32,000 nucleotides of DNA from Candidatus Hadarchaeales archaeon. GTDB taxonomy: Archaea > Hadarchaeota > Hadarchaeia > Hadarchaeales > Hadarchaeaceae. The notes below the pieces were generated by a model that ran no database searches, was not told the origin of the DNA, and saw only the letters and a list, made by a program, of their open reading frames with translations. Below are positions 22,522 to 31,148 of the stretch, one piece after another. The DNA lies in NCBI GenBank assembly GCA_038823825.1, contig JAWBCC010000002.1, forward strand, positions 210,001-242,000, read 5' to 3'. The position numbers and the translations under genes were made by a program. Numbering within the stretch: the stretch's first letter is position 1; each line of letters starts with the position of its first letter.

Positions 22522-23667
22522 CTAGTGGGTCAAAATTGAAGATATCTCGCTATTGGATAGGATATTCGTCAGCGGGACATGTGGAGTTTCGGCCAGCAGG
22601 ATCTTGACGAAATCTCTAAGAGTGTCCTCATTCTTGCAAACAATCTCCAAGAATCTGGAAACCTTTTTATCCTGCATGGTTCCGAGCCCCCTCCACAACT
22701 TGGAGTATTTCTGTATCTCTTCACCGAGTGTTTTTCTCCACTTCGCGTCATATTCTGAAAGAGCTTCTGAGTCCCCCGCAGCCGCCAGACTGGCAGCATC
22801 GCCAGCCAATCTCCCACATTCGATTTCATACCTTAGGATGTTCACCGCAAGCGGTGGGATTTGTCCTGCAGACTTGCCCGCCGCCAAAATGCCTTTTTCC
22901 CAAAGCTTCGTGAGCGGCCCAGACATGGGTTGAGAGGTTTTAACGCTAACGATCGGCGATGCCCCTTTCAGACAGGGATGTGCAACTCTTCCGATGAATT
23001 CATCCAGCGCTGTTCCGGGATGTATTCTCAGGCCGAGCACACCGGTGGATGCTAAGCCCTCTTCAACGGGGAAAATCCAGCCGAATCCTCCCGGAGCAGA
23101 ATATGAGGATAAATGAATCTCAGCTTTTTCGCAGTTAGCGTTGGCCATTAAGTATTCGCAGCGAAAAGCTAGGTTCTCGCCTGACCATTCGTGACTAGCA
23201 AATTTCTTCATAAAAAGACCAGACCAATCTCCCGAAGATCCTGAGGCATCTATCACTACTTTTGATTTGATTTCCTCGACCCATCCGCCGCCAGCCGCTT
23301 TCACGCCGATAACCCTGCCAAAATCGACTAGCAGATCTTTGACCGGAGCGCTTGTCCAGATTTCTACCCCGGCTTTTGTTGCCTCAACTGCCATACTACG
23401 AAGGAGTTTGGAATAATCGAGAACAGAAAATTTCCCCTCAATTTCAATATTTTTCGAGCTACAAATGATTTTAAGATTTCTCGTCTTGCTGGTGACTGAT
23501 TGTTTGAATTCCTTTGGGACTTTCTCGCAGAGCACATGGTGCGATTGCCAGCCAATCGCAGCTCGCATCTCGAGAAGAAGAACTCTTTGGTTATGCTCAG
23601 CAGCTGTCTTGGCTGCCGAAAGTCCAGTTGCTCCTCCACCTATAACGACTATATCGTATTCTAACAT
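22522..23667 (-). CDS. FAD-dependent oxidoreductase, geranylgeranyl-reductase family
   Basis: The Rossmann dinucleotide motif is YDIVVIGGGATGLSAAKTAAE...VLLLE. The 381 aa length is typical of archaeal GGR-like flavoproteins. Substrate cannot be inferred. Confidence 0.55.
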   Translation of the reverse strand: MLEYDIVVIGGGATGLSAAKTAAEHNQRVLLLEMRAAIGWQSHHVLCEKVPKEFKQSVTSKTRNLKIICSSKNIEIEGKFSVLDYSKLLRSMAVEATKAGVEIWTSAPVKDLLVDFGRVIGVKAAGGGWVEEIKSKVVIDASGSSGDWSGLFMKKFASHEWSGENLAFRCEYLMANANCEKAEIHLSSYSAPGGFGWIFPVEEGLASTGVLGLRIHPGTALDEFIGRVAHPCLKGASPIVSVKTSQPMSGPLTKLWEKGILAAGKSAGQIPPLAVNILRYEIECGRLAGDAASLAAAGDSEALSEYDAKWRKTLGEEIQKYSKLWRGLGTMQDKKVSRFLEIVCKNEDTLRDFVKILLAETPHVPLTNILSNSEISSILTH

Positions 23668-23671
23668 TGCT

Positions 23672-23694
23672 CTCCTCAGACTTGTTCTGAGGAG
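23672..23694 (-). other. perfect 9-bp hairpin pairing an SD-like GAGGAG with CUCCUC, immediately 5' of the GGR-family start
   Basis: The minus strand reads CUCCUCAGA-ACAAG-UCUGAGGAG-AGCA-AUG. A T5 run and a TTTTTAAA box lie just upstream at 23696-23704. Confidence 0.4.
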
Positions 23695-23711
23695 GTTTAA
23701 AAAGCCGAACT

Positions 23712-24494
23712 CTAAGCCTGCGCAGGTTTTTTCTTCCTAAGCAGAGCTGCGGCAACAGCGATACAGATGATTATTACAGCAACTCCGGCGATTATTGGCA
23801 GATTTGACATGGGAGCCGCCGCAACCGTTGGCCAGTCGGGTATGTCTACCGTAGCGGAGAAGCTACCAGTTGCCGGTGCGGTTGCGCTAACAACTACGGG
23901 TGTATCTACATCGATATCGAGCTCGTTGGTCGTTACGTCGAGCTTTCCTCCACCCTTGAGATAGACAGTATTCCCAACCTGACGTTCGACTTCAGGCCTG
24001 TATGTTTTTCCTCCCATCTTGAACTCCACGTAGTTGTCCTTTCGCTCGAACGTCATATTCTTCAGACGCAGCCTGACCCGCAAAGTAACGCTCTCCCCTT
24101 CCACCGGTGGTCTCATCACGTAATTGTCTATTTGTGTGTTCTCGGACAACACTTGGATGACTAGTGCTGTTATGCTTTTTTCATCAGGACTGACCCAAGC
24201 CTCCGAGTATTTTGCGCCCTTTGGTGGATATCTTGGCGTCCACCATCCAGTATAAAGATATTCAGTTGATCCAGTTGGCTGCCACCATTCTCCAACGTTG
24301 AAGCAGTTTGTTCCGGAATAGAAATACGCTCTGACTTCCCACGTCCCTCTGTCGAGCGACATTCCAGGAGGCTTACGCAATGTCACGTGCACAGTGTAGG
24401 TGCCACCAGCCTTGATCTGGTCGGTTGCACTTACTAAGGCAGAGCCCAAGAATAAGAGCAGCAAACTTCCTGCAATGATTCCGGCTTTTTTCAT
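23712..24494 (-). CDS. secreted, C-terminally membrane-anchored surface protein, hypothetical
   Basis: The signal-like N-terminus is MKKAGIIAGSLLLLFLGSALVSA/TDQ, starting at ATG 24494 (the track start 24518 adds 8 aa). The body is beta-rich. The C-terminal helix PIIAGVAVIIICIAVAAALL is followed by RKKK. Confidence 0.6.
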   Translation of the reverse strand: MKKAGIIAGSLLLLFLGSALVSATDQIKAGGTYTVHVTLRKPPGMSLDRGTWEVRAYFYSGTNCFNVGEWWQPTGSTEYLYTGWWTPRYPPKGAKYSEAWVSPDEKSITALVIQVLSENTQIDNYVMRPPVEGESVTLRVRLRLKNMTFERKDNYVEFKMGGKTYRPEVERQVGNTVYLKGGGKLDVTTNELDIDVDTPVVVSATAPATGSFSATVDIPDWPTVAAAPMSNLPIIAGVAVIIICIAVAAALLRKKKPAQA

Positions 24495-24600
24495 CCAATC
24501 CAAATAAAATTTTTGCAACGTTTGAGTAATTAAGCCTTATGATGGGAATTTCGGAAATGACTCCAAAAATCCAGTTGGTGGCCAAAATTTTCGTTTATGG

Positions 24601-25365
24601 CTACCCAAACTTTCCTTTTATATAGAATCTGGTTCTTGGATTTCGAGCATTTTTGAATATTCGTCGACTGGTTCCGAATTCTACAAGTTTACCGAGGTAA
24701 AGAAATGCTACATAATCTGAAATTCTTGCCGCCTGCTGTATGTTATGCGTAACTATCACAATCGTATAATTCTTTTTCAAATCGTAGATTAAATTCTCGA
24801 TTTTCCACGTGGAGATGGGATCGAGTGCGGAGCACGGTTCGTCCATGAGAAGAACCTCGGGCTCAACGGCGAGAGCTCTGGCTATGCAGAGTCTCTGTTG
24901 TTGCCCGCCTGAAAGCGCCAAGGCAGGAGAGTCAAGTTTGTTCTTTACTTCATCCCACAAACCGACCTTTTTTAGAACTTCTTCTACTCTTTCATGGATT
25001 TCTTTCCCGCTAAGGCCGCCGTTGATTTTTAATCCGTAGGATACATTTTCGAAAATCGATTTCGGAAACGGATTGGGTTTTTGGAATACTATTCCTATTT
25101 TTTGTCTCAATTCGCTGAGGTCCATCTTCGGAGAGTAGATTGATTTGCCATCTAGCAAGATGTCTCCGCTTACTTTCACGCTGTCAAACATCTCGACCAA
25201 TCGATTGATCGTTTTCAGAAGCGTGGTCTTGCCGCATCCGGATGGGCCGATAATAGCCGTGATTTTATTCTCCGGGATTCTCATGTTTATGTTTTTTAAT
25301 ATCCAGTCCTCACCGAACCAGACGTTCAGATTTTTTATCTTTATTTTGTCTTTCATAATCACCAC
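24601..25365 (-). CDS. pstB: phosphate ABC transporter ATP-binding protein
   Basis: Walker A GPSGCGKTT, signature LSGGQQQRLCIARALA, Walker B LLMDEPCSALDPIST, and the PstB-typical tail FGTSRRIFKNARNPRTRFYIKGKFG. Confidence 0.93.
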   Translation of the reverse strand: MVIMKDKIKIKNLNVWFGEDWILKNINMRIPENKITAIIGPSGCGKTTLLKTINRLVEMFDSVKVSGDILLDGKSIYSPKMDLSELRQKIGIVFQKPNPFPKSIFENVSYGLKINGGLSGKEIHERVEEVLKKVGLWDEVKNKLDSPALALSGGQQQRLCIARALAVEPEVLLMDEPCSALDPISTWKIENLIYDLKKNYTIVIVTHNIQQAARISDYVAFLYLGKLVEFGTSRRIFKNARNPRTRFYIKGKFG

Positions 25366-26213
25366 ATCTTCTTTTTACCATAGTGCCACCTTATGATCGA
25401 GGCTCCAAGGTACATCGTAAGCACGAGCATCATCAGAACAAGTGCTGTTCCAAATGCCATTGGTCTGGCAGCCGTTACATCGGGGTGTTCGACGTTAAGC
25501 ACAAAAAGATGATAGGGGAGAGCCATCACAGGTGCAAATATCGAGTTCGGTAGTCCTCTTGTATAAAAAACGGCCCCCGTAAACAGTATGGGTGCAGTCT
25601 CCCCCGCTGCTCTTCCTATACTCAGCATAGTGCCCGTTATCACGCCCGGTAACGCAGCCGGAAGCACGACTCTAAATATCGTCTGCCACTTGGTTGCTCC
25701 AAGCGCAAGACTCGCTTCTCTAAATTCATTTGGAATGCTCTTCAGGGCTTCCATTGAACTTATCGTTATAGTTGGGAGAGTCATAAGGCTTAGCGTGAAG
25801 GCCGCCGATATGAGCGAGACCCCCCAACCCAAGAACTTGACGAAAAAGACCATGCCAAAAATTCCGAAAATGATCGAAGGAATTCCATTCAGATTGTAAA
25901 TGGCGTTGATAATAGTTTCCCTAATTCTTCCTGGTTTCGCGTATTCTACAAGGTAAATTGCAGTCATCAGACCAAGCGGGAATGAGATGGTGACAGCGAG
26001 CGTTACTAGAAGAAGAGTACCGACTATTGCCGGAAAAATGCCGCCCCTCGTCATTCCCTCCCTCGGAAATCCGGTTAGGAATTCCCAACTCAAAACTCCA
26101 ATTCCGTTTGTCGCTATGAAAAACACCACGAGTCCTATGAACCCCAAAACGATCGTTATCGAAAGACGGGCTATCAGAAACGCGATTTTTTGGGAAATTT
26201 TTCTCGAATTCAT
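25359..26213 (-). CDS. pstA: phosphate ABC transporter permease PstA
   Basis: About 6 TM, with the EAA-loop region EALKSIPNEFREASLALGATKWQTIFRVVLPAALPGVITG. It overlaps pstB by 7 nt and pstC by 4 nt. Confidence 0.9.
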   Translation of the reverse strand: MNSRKISQKIAFLIARLSITIVLGFIGLVVFFIATNGIGVLSWEFLTGFPREGMTRGGIFPAIVGTLLLVTLAVTISFPLGLMTAIYLVEYAKPGRIRETIINAIYNLNGIPSIIFGIFGMVFFVKFLGWGVSLISAAFTLSLMTLPTITISSMEALKSIPNEFREASLALGATKWQTIFRVVLPAALPGVITGTMLSIGRAAGETAPILFTGAVFYTRGLPNSIFAPVMALPYHLFVLNVEHPDVTAARPMAFGTALVLMMLVLTMYLGASIIRWHYGKKKMW

Positions 26214-27157
26214 CTGGCAACCCTCCTAACTTTTCTTGAAATTATCCAGTTTGCAATGAAATTCACAGCAAAGGTTATTGCGAAAAGCACCAGTCCTATC
26301 CCAAATAGAGCACTGTAGTGAAGAGATCCGAACGAGACTTCACCCATCTCAATCGCAATTGTTGCCGGCATAGTTCTAACCGGAGAAAATATAGAGGTAG
26401 GGATTACGGCCGCACCTCCGCTTAACATCATTACTGCAATGGTTTCACCAATGGCTCTTCCCAGTCCAAGCAGGACCCCTCCAACGATTCCAGATGAAGC
26501 TGCCGGTATCACAGCGTTTTTTATTGTTTCCCATTTGGTCGCACCGAGCGCAAATGACGCTTCTCTGTATTCGTTCGGAACTGCTCGTAGAGAATCCTCG
26601 ATTATGCTAAGCATAGTCGGAAGAATCATAAAGGCCAACACGAGCCCAGCAGTTAGCGCAGTCTGTCCAGTCGGTAAACCGAAAAATCTCTGAATGAAAG
26701 GCACGAGTACTACAAGTCCAAAAAATCCGTAGACAACGGATGGGATCGCCGAAAGCACTTCGACCGTGGTTTTGAGGAGATCTCTTACTTTTGAGCTGGC
26801 GATTTCCGAGATGTATATTGCTCCGAACAGCGCCAAGGGAACAGATACTGCCAAAGCAAGCGAAGTTACGAGAAGGCTACCCAATATCATCGGCGCGATG
26901 CCAAAGGAGGGGGGATGAGCGGTAGGTAGCCACTTATGGTTTAAGATAAAATTTGTGACCCCGATATTCGTGAATACCGGAATCGATTGAGTAAAAACGA
27001 ATATGAAGATCAGAAAGACGAAAAATATGGAAAAAGTAGCGAAAAGACCTGTGACGGTCTTTCCGGAAAAGACACGCTTGGTTATCCCGCTAGGGAAAAA
27101 AAATGGTCGCCCACGGGTTTTCTCACGTGAGCGACACGAATCCCTTCTCCTCAACAA
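26210..27157 (-). CDS. pstC: phosphate ABC transporter permease PstC
   Basis: DSLRAVPNEYREASFALGATKWETIKNAVIPAASSGIVGG, multi-TM. TTG start. It overlaps the pstS 3' end by about 35 nt, and no later in-frame start codon exists. Confidence 0.9.
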   Translation of the reverse strand: MLRRRDSCRSREKTRGRPFFFPSGITKRVFSGKTVTGLFATFSIFFVFLIFIFVFTQSIPVFTNIGVTNFILNHKWLPTAHPPSFGIAPMILGSLLVTSLALAVSVPLALFGAIYISEIASSKVRDLLKTTVEVLSAIPSVVYGFFGLVVLVPFIQRFFGLPTGQTALTAGLVLAFMILPTMLSIIEDSLRAVPNEYREASFALGATKWETIKNAVIPAASSGIVGGVLLGLGRAIGETIAVMMLSGGAAVIPTSIFSPVRTMPATIAIEMGEVSFGSLHYSALFGIGLVLFAITFAVNFIANWIISRKVRRVAR

Positions 27158-27971
27158 TTCTCTGCCCCTCCGGCCCCTTGACGAACTCTATGAACTCTTT
27201 AGCGAGCCCAGATGGCTCTCCAATAGTGTACATGTAAAGAGCTCTCGAAATCGGATACGTTCCATTTAAGATGTTTTGTTTTGTTGGAAGAACTCCGTTT
27301 ACTGCAAGTGCTTTAACACCGCTGATATAACTGATGCCGACATAACCAATTGCATTTGGGTTTGTTGAAACAATTTGTCGCATTTCTCCGCTCGACATTG
27401 TTGTTAGTACAGAAGAGGACATGTTCTCTCCTCTCATCACCAGTTCATGGAATGATTCGTACGTTCCGGAGGTAGTTTCTCTGGTATACACAGCGATCGT
27501 AAGATTCGGTCCACCTACTTCCGACCAATTCCTTATTTCTCCAGTGTATATCTTCTTTATCTGCTCCAAGGTCAGGCTGTTCACAGGATTGCTCGGATGG
27601 ACTATCACCGCTAGGGCGTCTAGCGCGATTTTATGCTCGACCAGTCGTCCTCCAGCTCTCTCATTTTCTATGTTCTTTGCGCGTCTTGAAGACGTGGCTA
27701 TATCGCATCTACCCTCTATTAGGGATGTTATGCCGACACCGGAGCCGCCACCCGAAACATTAATAGTGTCGTACGGGTGAGCGTTCATCCATCTTTCCGC
27801 AGCAAGCTGTGTTATCGGTAAAACGGTGGTGGAGCCAGCGATGTTTATCGATCTTGGTTGAATGTTTGAACCATTTTCGCCTACTTCGTTCGTTCTTATG
27901 CCTACTAGAAAGACCGTAACCAGCACAATACCCAGGGCCACCGAGGCCACAACTACTGTCGTAACTTTCAT
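27123..27971 (-). CDS. pstS: phosphate ABC transporter substrate-binding protein PstS
   Basis: The N-terminal anchor/signal is MKVTTVVVASVALGIVLV, followed by GSTTVLPITQLAAERW, VSGGGSGVGI and SGTYESF. I prefer the ATG at 27971 over the track's TTG at 28019. TATA-like CTATATAAAA lies on the minus strand at 28001-28010. Confidence 0.9.
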   Translation of the reverse strand: MKVTTVVVASVALGIVLVTVFLVGIRTNEVGENGSNIQPRSINIAGSTTVLPITQLAAERWMNAHPYDTINVSGGGSGVGITSLIEGRCDIATSSRRAKNIENERAGGRLVEHKIALDALAVIVHPSNPVNSLTLEQIKKIYTGEIRNWSEVGGPNLTIAVYTRETTSGTYESFHELVMRGENMSSSVLTTMSSGEMRQIVSTNPNAIGYVGISYISGVKALAVNGVLPTKQNILNGTYPISRALYMYTIGEPSGLAKEFIEFVKGPEGQRIVEEKGFVSLT

Positions 27972-28025
27972 TTTATCCCCAAGTAACGAAAAAGCGCTTC
28001 TTTTATATAGATTGTCCAAATATTT

Positions 28026-28050
28026 TATATACCTGTAAATTAAGTATATA
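28026..28050. promoter_or_regulatory. inverted repeat TATATAC-N11-GTATATA in the pstS/phoU divergent promoter region
   Basis: TATATAC at 28026-28032 and GTATATA at 28044-28050 are exact reverse complements. The left arm lies about 27 nt upstream of the phoU ATG at 28056, the position expected for a TATA box of a leaderless transcript. Confidence 0.35.
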
Positions 28051-28055
28051 GATCG

Positions 28056-29096
28056 ATGGCAGAGAGAAAAGAGGAAAGCAGGAGAATCCAGTTAACCGGA
28101 AAGTCCACTTACATCGTTTCTCTTCCGAAGTGGTGGGCCTCTGAAATGAAACTCAAACCAGGGGATATCATTAACATGATCGTTCAAGATGATTCCCTGT
28201 TGCTGACTGTAAGAAAGTCAGCCGTGGAACACGAAAGAGAGAGAGAAGCCACCCTGAAGGTTTTACCCGATGAAAATCCAGACAAGATCATTAGAAAAAT
28301 AGTTTCGCTCTATCTTGTTGGCTATAACACAATCAGGATAATATCTGAGAAGGAAAGGATATCAAATCTGCAGAGCGAATTAATAAAGAATTTTGTGAGA
28401 ACCAAGCTAATCGGGACAGAGGTGATTATGGACCTCCCCACCGAGATAGTGGTTAAGGTGATACTCAGCTATCCGGAATTATCGATAAGAGACGCTGTTA
28501 GGAGGATGACGCTAATCACAAAGTCGATGATCGAAGACTCGATAGAAGCCTTGAACAAAAAAGACCACGAGCTGGCCAGAAGCGTGATAGTCAGAGATGA
28601 TGATGTGGACAGATTTAGTATGTATATAATAAGGCAGCTGAAATCTGCCGTAGGAGATCGCAGAATAATGCGCGATGTTGGGATTGAAAGCGCGCGCGAT
28701 TGTTTAGGATATCGACTGATCGTCAAAAGTGTGGAGAGAATTGCGGATCATGCTTCCACGATTTCCAAGAATGTGATTAAACTGCGAGGCGCAATCGATC
28801 ATTCGGTTGTCGAGAAGCTTTCAGAAATGAAAGACCTAGTGGTGAGAGCATTTGAGAAAACAATCGAGTCACTTTTCAAAGAAGACCCAGAGTTATCCGA
28901 GGAGGTCATCGGGATGAAAGAGCTCGTCGTAAAATCCGAGAATCAAATAGACGAGATGATCATGAAAAAACCAGCGCGCACGGACGCGATAGTTATCAGC
29001 CTGATCGTCGAAAGTCTGCGTAGAATGTACGAGTACAGCTGTGACATAGCAGAAGTAGTCTTGAATTTAACGTTAGAGAAGCAACAGGCGGTCTGA
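28056..29096 (+). CDS. phoU: phosphate-uptake regulator: N-terminal AbrB/SpoVT-type DNA-binding domain fused to PhoU repeats
   Basis: The N-terminus RIQLTGKSTYIVSLPKWWASEMKLKPGDIINM is a swapped-hairpin AbrB-like motif. Two PhoU-like helical repeats follow (VIVRDDDVDRFSMYIIRQL..., SVERIADHASTISKNV, RRMYEYSCDIAEVV). It is divergent from pstSCAB. Confidence 0.8.
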   Translation: MAERKEESRRIQLTGKSTYIVSLPKWWASEMKLKPGDIINMIVQDDSLLLTVRKSAVEHEREREATLKVLPDENPDKIIRKIVSLYLVGYNTIRIISEKERISNLQSELIKNFVRTKLIGTEVIMDLPTEIVVKVILSYPELSIRDAVRRMTLITKSMIEDSIEALNKKDHELARSVIVRDDDVDRFSMYIIRQLKSAVGDRRIMRDVGIESARDCLGYRLIVKSVERIADHASTISKNVIKLRGAIDHSVVEKLSEMKDLVVRAFEKTIESLFKEDPELSEEVIGMKELVVKSENQIDEMIMKKPARTDAIVISLIVESLRRMYEYSCDIAEVVLNLTLEKQQAV

Positions 29097-29101
29097 ATCT
29101 A

Positions 29102-29485
29102 TTATTCCTTCGCTCGCTCAGGTGGAGAAGTAAAGCTCAGGACACCCTGCTTAGGCTCGTAAATATTTCCGGCTTCTTTCTCACTCTTCAGAATTTCCTG
29201 AACTTCTTCTTTGCTCAGACCTACCTTTTCCGCTATTTCCAAGATTTCAGAAACTTCGACCATCCCGGTTGGATCTTTGCTTGCCAGAGCTCTCATAGCC
29301 CTCCTTATAAAGTCTACTTTTGCCTCATGTCCGCGTAGAATGAGAGGTATTTCCCTCTTCTTCGCAGGGGAGGCACTTTCCACAGAGACGTAAGTTCCCA
29401 CATCTATCTCGAGCGTGAAGGTCTTTCCGCAAAGCGGACAGGTCACCTGAACTCTATGCCTCATACATTCACCCTTTGGAGCCAC
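29102..29485 (-). CDS. hypothetical protein with one N-terminal CxxC and a winged-helix-like C-terminus
   Basis: The N-terminal part reads MRHRVQVTCPLCGKTF. The C-terminus MVEVSEILEIAEKVGLSKEEVQEILKSEKEAGNIYEPKQGVLSF has an HTH plus wing pattern. No family was recognised. The start may be the internal ATG at 29464. Confidence 0.45.
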   Translation of the reverse strand: MAPKGECMRHRVQVTCPLCGKTFTLEIDVGTYVSVESASPAKKREIPLILRGHEAKVDFIRRAMRALASKDPTGMVEVSEILEIAEKVGLSKEEVQEILKSEKEAGNIYEPKQGVLSFTSPPERAKE

Positions 29486-29535
29486 TCCGTATATGAACTT
29501 TTTCTTATTAGTTTGGACAAGTTAAGAAGATAAGT

Positions 29536-30033
29536 GTGAGATTCGCTGTCGACGGCATGCTCGGAAAATTAGCCAGGTGGCTTCGAATAGCCGGGCACGA
29601 CACGATTTATGCTAGAGATCTGAAGGTTGAGCCTGATAAGGAGGACGAAACCCTTCTCCAGTTGGTCGCAAGACAGAGGAGGGTTCTTCTTACAGCTGAT
29701 AAAAACCTTTACACAAGAGCACTGGGTTTTGGTTTGAAAACAGTTCTCATAACGAAAAAAGACGTGGTTGATCAACTACTGGAGATATCAAAGGCGCTCG
29801 GTAGACGCGTGAAGTTGGATTTTGAAAAGTCTCGCTGCCCAGTTTGCAATGGCACCTTGATTCAGGTAGATCTATCGGAAGTCTCTGAGGATCTGAGGAA
29901 GAAGAACAAAGATTTTTGGAAATGCTTATCTTGCGGAAAAGTCTACTGGGAAGGAAAACACTGGAGAAGTATAATAAAGACCGCTGAGAGGTATGAACGT
30001 GAGGTCGGAAAATCTCTCCCTAGAAGAAGGTAA
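29536..30033 (+). CDS. Mut7-C/DUF82 PIN-like RNase domain protein with C-terminal Zn ribbon
   Basis: The N-terminus FAVDGMLGKLARWLRIAGHDTIY is the family hallmark. The C-terminus is CPVCNG...CLSCGKVYWEGKHW. GTG start. Confidence 0.8.
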   Translation: MRFAVDGMLGKLARWLRIAGHDTIYARDLKVEPDKEDETLLQLVARQRRVLLTADKNLYTRALGFGLKTVLITKKDVVDQLLEISKALGRRVKLDFEKSRCPVCNGTLIQVDLSEVSEDLRKKNKDFWKCLSCGKVYWEGKHWRSIIKTAERYEREVGKSLPRRR

Positions 30034-30607
30034 AATTTTGGTAAAAACAGCAAGGACGGTGATAGAAGAATACGTCAAGTACGGTAGAATCCCTCCCAAG
30101 CCTCAAGTCCCGGAAAGTCTTAAGCAACCCCGGGGAGTTTTTGTGACTCTCGAGAAGAGGGGAGAACTCAGAGGATGCATAGGTTATCCTTTCCCTTCGA
30201 TGCCTCTGATAGATGCTCTTGTGGACGCGGCAATCAGTTCTGCTACGAGAGACCCCCGTTTTGAACCGGTCGGTCCTGAGGAGCTCGATGAGATAGAGAT
30301 AGAGGTGAGTGTGCTCTCAAAACCCGAGGAAATTCGCGTGAAACATCCTAGAGAATATCTCGAAAAGATAGAAATCGGACGTGATGGTCTCATAGTTCAA
30401 TATGGTGGATACTCGGGTCTCTTGCTCCCTCAAGTTCCGGTCGAATGGGGATGGGATGTCGAAGAATTCCTCTGTCAGACGTGCATGAAAGCTGGCCTTC
30501 CTCCAGACTATTGGCTGAAGAAGGATGTCAAGATAATGAAGTTTACGGCTCAGATATTTCGCGAAAGGTCTCCGGGCGGGGAAGTCGAGGAGAGGAGACT
30601 CATCTAG
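29993..30607 (+). CDS. AMMECR1 domain protein
   Basis: LSLEEGKILVKTARTVIEEYV...PRGVFVTLEKRGELRGCIGYPFP...DPRF includes the diagnostic LRGCIG motif. It overlaps Mut7-C by 41 nt. Confidence 0.88.
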   Translation: MNVRSENLSLEEGKILVKTARTVIEEYVKYGRIPPKPQVPESLKQPRGVFVTLEKRGELRGCIGYPFPSMPLIDALVDAAISSATRDPRFEPVGPEELDEIEIEVSVLSKPEEIRVKHPREYLEKIEIGRDGLIVQYGGYSGLLLPQVPVEWGWDVEEFLCQTCMKAGLPPDYWLKKDVKIMKFTAQIFRERSPGGEVEERRLI

Positions 30608-31148
30608 TCTCTTCTTTCTTCTCCTTTCCAAGCAAAAGAGAAAGAAGGGTTTTTTCATCAACTTCCGCTCTTGTCCTCCAGCCCAAGTAAAGAACCCCCT
30701 TTTCGTCCTCCTGTAGATATCCCATCCTTATGAATCTGTCGATGGCGCTCTCTACTCTCCACTTTGGGAATTTCTCCTCCAGGATCTTCTCGATTTCCTT
30801 GCCTGCCACCTTTCCCCCCCTTGCGAGAATTGTGGCGAGCGTCATCGTCAAAATTGCCATGTCATCTATTCTCCATCCAAACGTTCTCACCTCTGAGAAC
30901 TCCGGGTGTCCTCTGAAAGTTACAACAAACCTATCAGACTCAGAGTCTCCCTCTTTAACGACCTTCACGGTTAGCCCGAGCTTCTCGAGCTCAGCGTCCA
31001 AAGCTTTTATCACATCCTCATAGTTTCTTCCCAAGGCTCTCCTCAATTCCCATCTTCTCGCCCCAGGTTCTCTGTGATGCTTGAAGAGAAGAAGCTGTGC
31101 GGCTCTAGAGAGTTTCTGCCTGATTTCGACTTCATCCTTTTCTGGCAT
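30600..31148 (-). CDS. scpB: ScpB-like segregation/condensation protein (two winged-helix domains)
   Basis: 182 aa, immediately downstream of and overlapping the scpA-like gene by 17 nt. The WH1-like segment is AAQLLLFKHHREPGARRWELRRALG...VIKALDAELEKLGLTVKVV. The WH2-like segment is LTMTLATILARGGKVAGKEIEKIL...IDRFIRMGYLQ. Confidence 0.5.
   Translation of the reverse strand: MPEKDEVEIRQKLSRAAQLLLFKHHREPGARRWELRRALGRNYEDVIKALDAELEKLGLTVKVVKEGDSESDRFVVTFRGHPEFSEVRTFGWRIDDMAILTMTLATILARGGKVAGKEIEKILEEKFPKWRVESAIDRFIRMGYLQEDEKGVLYLGWRTRAEVDEKTLLSLLLGKEKKEETR

Noticed and set aside
27972-28019. Longer ORF-track starts for pstS (TTG 28019) and likewise for the surface protein (24518) and DUF457 (TTG 17468)
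   Set aside because: The extensions add non-signal residues ahead of clear signal or TM N-termini. They remove the space needed for the TATA-like boxes, or they create overlaps that the downstream ATG avoids.
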